Shown here: one piece after another, positions 41,154-44,743 of the stretch
Layout of the letters: each line of letters begins with the position of its first letter
Position numbering within the stretch: the first letter of the stretch is position 1
Assembly (NCBI GenBank): GCA_018302135.1
Contig: JAGWAE010000006.1
Coordinates: forward strand, 1 to 44,743
DNA: 44,743 nt
Source of the DNA: Candidatus Woesearchaeota archaeon
Lineage (GTDB): Archaea > Nanobdellota > Nanobdellia > SCGC-AAA011-G17 > PNOQ01
Direction of reading: 5' to 3'
Notes under the pieces: model-generated
What the model was told of the DNA's origin: nothing
Databases searched by the model: none
What the model saw: only the letters and a program-made list of their open reading frames with translations
Position numbers and translations under genes: made by a program

Positions 41154-41828
41154 ATGGAAAAAGAGAAGCTAACTTATGATATAATTGAAAGTTTCTTAAG
41201 AAAAGAGCTAAAAAAAACTAAACACATTATGACTTGGGGTACAATTGGTTCTTTAAATATAAATCATGATATTGATACAATAATAACAAAAAAACCATAT
41301 TCTCCATCTGCAGATTTTTTTAAAGAAATTCATACTATTTTTGAAAAACTTGACAGGTATCTTTATAATAATTTTAAATTTAAATTGATCAGATTTGCTC
41401 ATTCAGTTGATGAATATTTAATTGCTGAATATACTCCTGAAAGAAAAATTATGTTCCATACAATGGTATATATTTCATTTCCACAAATAAAGAAGGATTG
41501 GGAATGGGCTATAGATGATAAAGAAAGTATTGCATTGATATTGAAAAGGAGTTATAATTGCATTTATGGGGAAGTTGAAAACCTATTTTCTAAAGATTTC
41601 CAAAAGGAAATAAAATTTGAAAATGTTTTTACGTACCTTTATTTATATGATTATTTAAATTCAAATCTTCCAAGAGAATTATTAATAAAAATTATGAACT
41701 CTTGTTTTGAGTACCTTTACAAAAAAAGACTTAAAATTGAAAATCCTGTTGCAAATAATGAAAAAGAAATAAAAAAATATTTTTATAAGTTATGTAATAT
41801 TCTTGATGAGATGAACAAACCTAAATAG
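41154..41828 (+). CDS. Hypothetical protein, possible Pol-beta-superfamily nucleotidyltransferase fold
   Basis: A G-[ST]-x(n)-D-x-D-like segment (WGTIGSLNINHDIDTII) lies near the N-terminus. 224 aa. A TATA-like TTAATAAA ends 21 nt upstream of the ATG. Confidence 0.35.
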   Translation: MEKEKLTYDIIESFLRKELKKTKHIMTWGTIGSLNINHDIDTIITKKPYSPSADFFKEIHTIFEKLDRYLYNNFKFKLIRFAHSVDEYLIAEYTPERKIMFHTMVYISFPQIKKDWEWAIDDKESIALILKRSYNCIYGEVENLFSKDFQKEIKFENVFTYLYLYDYLNSNLPRELLIKIMNSCFEYLYKKRLKIENPVANNEKEIKKYFYKLCNILDEMNKPK

Positions 41829-41862
41829 AAACATTTTTAATTTGATAAACTAAATTTAGATT

Positions 41863-42438
41863 ATGGTTTCACATATCTATCTTTTTAGACATGGAATGAC
41901 TAAAGATAATACAAATGGTGTTTTTTCTGGTTGGAGAGATAGTCCTTTAACTAAAAGAGGAAGAGATGATGCTAAAATTATAGCTTTGAGATTAAAAGAT
42001 AAAAAAATACATATTGCTTATCAAAGTGGATTAGTTAGGTCTAAGGATACATTAAAAGAAGTTCTAAAATTTCATCCTGAATGTAAAATTATTATAACTG
42101 ATAATAAAATCATAGAAAGAAATTATGGTAAATTACAAGGATTAACACATTACAAATATATCTCTAAAACTTCTCCTAAAAAGTATGATAGTTTTCATAG
42201 GGGTTATTATAAAAAACCATTAAAAGGGGAATCTATAAAAGATGTTGAGAAGAGAGTTAATAAATTTTTGAAAGAAATGTTCAAAACTGTCAAAGGAAGA
42301 AATGTAAATGTTGCTATTTCTGCGCATGGCAATTCAATGAGACCAATAAGAAAATATTTTGAAAAGTTAAGCACAAAACAAATGATGAAGGTAGAAAGTG
42401 CTTTTGATAACTTTTATGAATACATAGTGCATTCCTAA
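41863..42438 (+). CDS. Histidine phosphatase (phosphoglycerate mutase-like) family protein
   Basis: An RHG motif at the N-terminus (LFRHGMTKDN) and a distal His motif (ISAHGNSMR). 191 aa. Confidence 0.8.
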   Translation: MVSHIYLFRHGMTKDNTNGVFSGWRDSPLTKRGRDDAKIIALRLKDKKIHIAYQSGLVRSKDTLKEVLKFHPECKIIITDNKIIERNYGKLQGLTHYKYISKTSPKKYDSFHRGYYKKPLKGESIKDVEKRVNKFLKEMFKTVKGRNVNVAISAHGNSMRPIRKYFEKLSTKQMMKVESAFDNFYEYIVHS

Positions 42439-42443
42439 TTCTT

Positions 42444-43322
42444 ATGAGTTACTTAAATAGATTATATCAGAGTGTTGTAATTATTAAAAAGAATTGGAAG
42501 ATATTGATTCCTTCACTGTATTCTTTGTTTGTTACTATCTTATTATCCTTGGCGTTTTTGTATATTAATGGATTACTTAGTTTGTTAGTTAGAGATCCTT
42601 CTGATCTGTTCGTTTCTGGAGGGATATCAGTATTAACTAAGAAACTATCTTCAGTTTTGTTATCTCAATCTCAAATAATAAAAATTAGTTTGACATTTAT
42701 TGGTTTTTTTATTGTAAATTTTTTGGCAGGTTCTTCTTTGTTAGCTATGAAATATTGTATGATAAATGATGCTTTAAAAAATGAAAGAGTTAGTTTAAGA
42801 AAAGGATTTAGAGAAGGAGTTTCTTATTATTTTAAAATTGTTGAAATGAGAATATCTGTTTTTGTTTTAATGATAATTCTTTCTTTGATTATTGGTTTGC
42901 CTTTATACATACTTTCTAAATATTTTGGGAATACTATGTTTTTAATTTTAACCGGAGTAGTTTTAATTCTCTTATTTGTAAATTTAATATTGTTATTTAG
43001 ATTCCCGGTTATGATCCGGAAACAAATTAAACCTGTTGAAGCTTTGAATGAATGCTTGGGGTTATTCAAATCAAAAACAAAAGAAATAAGCATTGTTTTT
43101 GGAATTTCTTTATTAATTATGATTAGTGCAGTTACGTTTTTTGAGTATTTCAGATTGATAATTAGTGACTATTTATATTCATATTCTGGGTTGTATATTA
43201 TTTTGTTAGGTTTTTATTTAATGAAAGAAGTATTTATGAGAATTTTCAATAGTATATCAGATGTTTTTATATTTATTTCTTATTTTAAACTTCAACCTCA
43301 AGAAAATCTTCAGCACACTTAG
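42444..43322 (+). CDS. Polytopic membrane protein of unknown function
   Basis: 292 aa with about 6 TM helices and no catalytic motif recognised. It converges on, and overlaps, the 3' end of rnz by 38 nt. Confidence 0.55.
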   Translation: MSYLNRLYQSVVIIKKNWKILIPSLYSLFVTILLSLAFLYINGLLSLLVRDPSDLFVSGGISVLTKKLSSVLLSQSQIIKISLTFIGFFIVNFLAGSSLLAMKYCMINDALKNERVSLRKGFREGVSYYFKIVEMRISVFVLMIILSLIIGLPLYILSKYFGNTMFLILTGVVLILLFVNLILLFRFPVMIRKQIKPVEALNECLGLFKSKTKEISIVFGISLLIMISAVTFFEYFRLIISDYLYSYSGLYIILLGFYLMKEVFMRIFNSISDVFIFISYFKLQPQENLQHT

Positions 43323-44175
43323 TATTTTTAAAAACTTTTTTTGCTTCATGTTCTATTTCTTTAGTCGTTTTGTTTCTTTGGCTAAAATGAGTTAATACTA
43401 ATTTTCTTGATTTTGATTTTTTAGCTAGATATGCTGCCTGCTCTGAAGTCATGTGGTAAAATTCTAATGCTTTTTGTTTTAAATCTTTAGTAAATGTGGC
43501 TTCTGAAATTAGTAAATCTGAGTTATTTGCGAATTTTTCTAAGTTTTTATCTGCAGTTGTATCTAAAACAAAAGTTATTTTTTTACCTAAAATTAATGTT
43601 GTTCCTTTTTCAGGAGTTATTTTTTTACCTTCGTAAGTTATTGTTTTTCCTTTCTGTAGTTGTCCTAACAAAGGATGATTAGTCAATCCAAATTTTTTAG
43701 TATAATTGACATTAACTTTTCTTCTGTCTTTTTCTTTAAATGAATATGCTAGACATTTTGCAGTGTGTTTAACTTCTTGTGAATAAATTTCAAATTCTTT
43801 TTCATTTAAAAATAATCCAGATTTTATTTCATTAACTTCTAGCTTGATTTTATCTTCGTAGTTAAAACTATGCAATATATTACTTACGAATTTTTTAGTT
43901 CCAATTGGACCATATATCTTTATTTCTTTATTTGGATCTGATTTTGCTACTGATTGTAATAAACCAGGTAAACCTAAAACATGGTCTCCGTGCCAGTGAG
44001 TTATTAAAATTCTGGTTATTTTTGTTGGACTAATATCTAATTTTCTCAATTGTCTTTGAGTTCCTTCTCCACAATCTACTAAAATATTTTCATTCTTATA
44101 ATTAAGCAAGATTGAGCTAGTATTCCTTTCTTTAGTAGGAAGCATCGCGGAAGTTCCTAAAAACGTAATTTTCAT
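43285..44175 (-). CDS. rnz: Ribonuclease Z (tRNA 3' endonuclease, metallo-beta-lactamase fold)
   Basis: MKITFLGTSAMLPT..., an HxHxDH motif (THWHGDH), an exosite-sized insert and a C-terminal LTHFSQR. 296 aa. Confidence 0.85.
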   Translation of the reverse strand: MKITFLGTSAMLPTKERNTSSILLNYKNENILVDCGEGTQRQLRKLDISPTKITRILITHWHGDHVLGLPGLLQSVAKSDPNKEIKIYGPIGTKKFVSNILHSFNYEDKIKLEVNEIKSGLFLNEKEFEIYSQEVKHTAKCLAYSFKEKDRRKVNVNYTKKFGLTNHPLLGQLQKGKTITYEGKKITPEKGTTLILGKKITFVLDTTADKNLEKFANNSDLLISEATFTKDLKQKALEFYHMTSEQAAYLAKKSKSRKLVLTHFSQRNKTTKEIEHEAKKVFKNTKCAEDFLEVEV

Positions 44176-44224
44176 GATATATCTTAAACAAAAGGTTTTT
44201 AAATATTTTTTGTTTTAATTTATT

Positions 44225-44743
44225 ATGGAAAAAATAAGCTCTATATTTTCGAATGATATAATAATGGCAGGAGAAAGCGATTATGCTAAAGAGCTTTATG
44301 AGAAAAGTAGATTTGGTGAGTTTAAGTCTAAGAAGTACTATTATTCTTTGTTTGAGGCTTTATATTTAGTTGAAGAAGAAAAAATGGATGTTTTGGATGA
44401 TAAAGGCAAAATAGTTAGTTTTGATAATATCATTAAAAGAGCTAAGAAGTTAGAACCTAATTTTTGGGTTAAATACTGTGCTTATAAAGAAATGCGTAAA
44501 AGAGGTTATATTGTTAAAACTGCTTTAAAGTTTGGTGCAGATTTTAGAATTTATGATAGAGGTATAAAACCTGGTGAAGATCATGCCAAATGGATATTAT
44601 ATCCTGTGCATGAGAGACATGTATTTACTTGGTATGACTTTTCAGCTAAAAATAGAGTAGCACATTCAACTAAAAAGAGATTATTGCTTGGAGTTGTTGA
44701 TGATGAGGGTGATGTTACTTTCTATGAAGTCAACTGGACAAGG
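44225..44743 (+). CDS. endA: tRNA-splicing endonuclease EndA (partial; runs off the window end)
   Basis: The frame is open from the ATG at 44225 to the window edge (173 codons). Motifs: YKEMRKRGYIVKTALKFGADFRIYDRG..HAKWILYPV..RVAHSTKKRLLLGVV (catalytic Tyr/His/Lys contexts). Not listed in the ORF track. Confidence 0.8.
   Translation, partial: MEKISSIFSNDIIMAGESDYAKELYEKSRFGEFKSKKYYYSLFEALYLVEEEKMDVLDDKGKIVSFDNIIKRAKKLEPNFWVKYCAYKEMRKRGYIVKTALKFGADFRIYDRGIKPGEDHAKWILYPVHERHVFTWYDFSAKNRVAHSTKKRLLLGVVDDEGDVTFYEVNWTR

Noticed and set aside
40675-43682. ORFs 40675..40947 (+), 42827..43093 (-) and 43494..43682 (+)
   Set aside because: They are antisense to the GINS-like, membrane-protein and RNase Z genes respectively, with low-complexity translations.
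1-44743. CRISPR arrays, rRNA/tRNA genes, transposases, integrases or prophage boundaries
   Set aside because: There are no regularly spaced direct repeats. No GC-rich structured segments of tRNA/rRNA type stand out from the AT-rich background. No DDE, tyrosine or serine recombinase motifs appear in any ORF. I could not run a covariance-model scan, so small ncRNAs such as C/D or H/ACA guides cannot be excluded.

Overview
AT-rich (roughly 30% G+C by eye), very gene-dense archaeal chromosome segment. Many genes overlap by 1-20 nt, often as ATGA. The archaeal call rests on Orc1/Cdc6, both PolD subunits, PAN, Hef, RadA, RPA, aEF-1beta, aIF2-alpha, Nop10, eS27, eL42(L44e), GINS, RNase Z and EndA. 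The small genes, AT-richness and abundance of KKG-leader pilin-like proteins suggest a DPANN-type lineage, but that is inference only. Layout: (1) 1-6.3 kb, an origin-proximal replication island, orc1/cdc6-DP1-DP2. (2) 6.5-14.2 kb, housekeeping and repair genes: a TctA-like transporter, PAN, LigT, a frameshifted M64-like metallopeptidase, Hef and a degenerate M50-like protein. (3) 14.3-17.3 kb, a PRC-barrel protein, three tandem paralogous membrane proteins and a convergent pair of coiled-coil proteins. (4) 17.3-26.65 kb, the most notable block: a type IV pilus-like locus with an oversized secretion ATPase, an oversized FlaJ/TadC-like platform protein and eleven co-directional small genes. Ten of these have class III (prepilin-type) N-termini, and two are mini-ORFs absent from the supplied ORF track. 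(5) 26.6-31.3 kb, RPA, cyclophilin, a small OB/PC4-like gene coupled to radA, a Zn-ribbon protein and aEF-1beta. (6) 31.3-37.0 kb, an A24 prepilin peptidase followed by four secreted or anchored surface proteins. (7) 37-44.7 kb, UDG, a TrmB regulator, a GINS-L44e-S27e-aIF2alpha-Nop10 operon (S27e and Nop10 are below the ORF-track length cut-off), a histidine phosphatase, RNase Z and a partial EndA. A 14-nt GC-rich motif occurs exactly 10 nt upstream of an identical TATA box in front of both hef and the radA operon, which makes it a candidate repair-regulon operator. I found no rRNA, tRNA, CRISPR array, transposase or integrase. All functional calls come from motif and architecture recognition by eye; no database search was possible.
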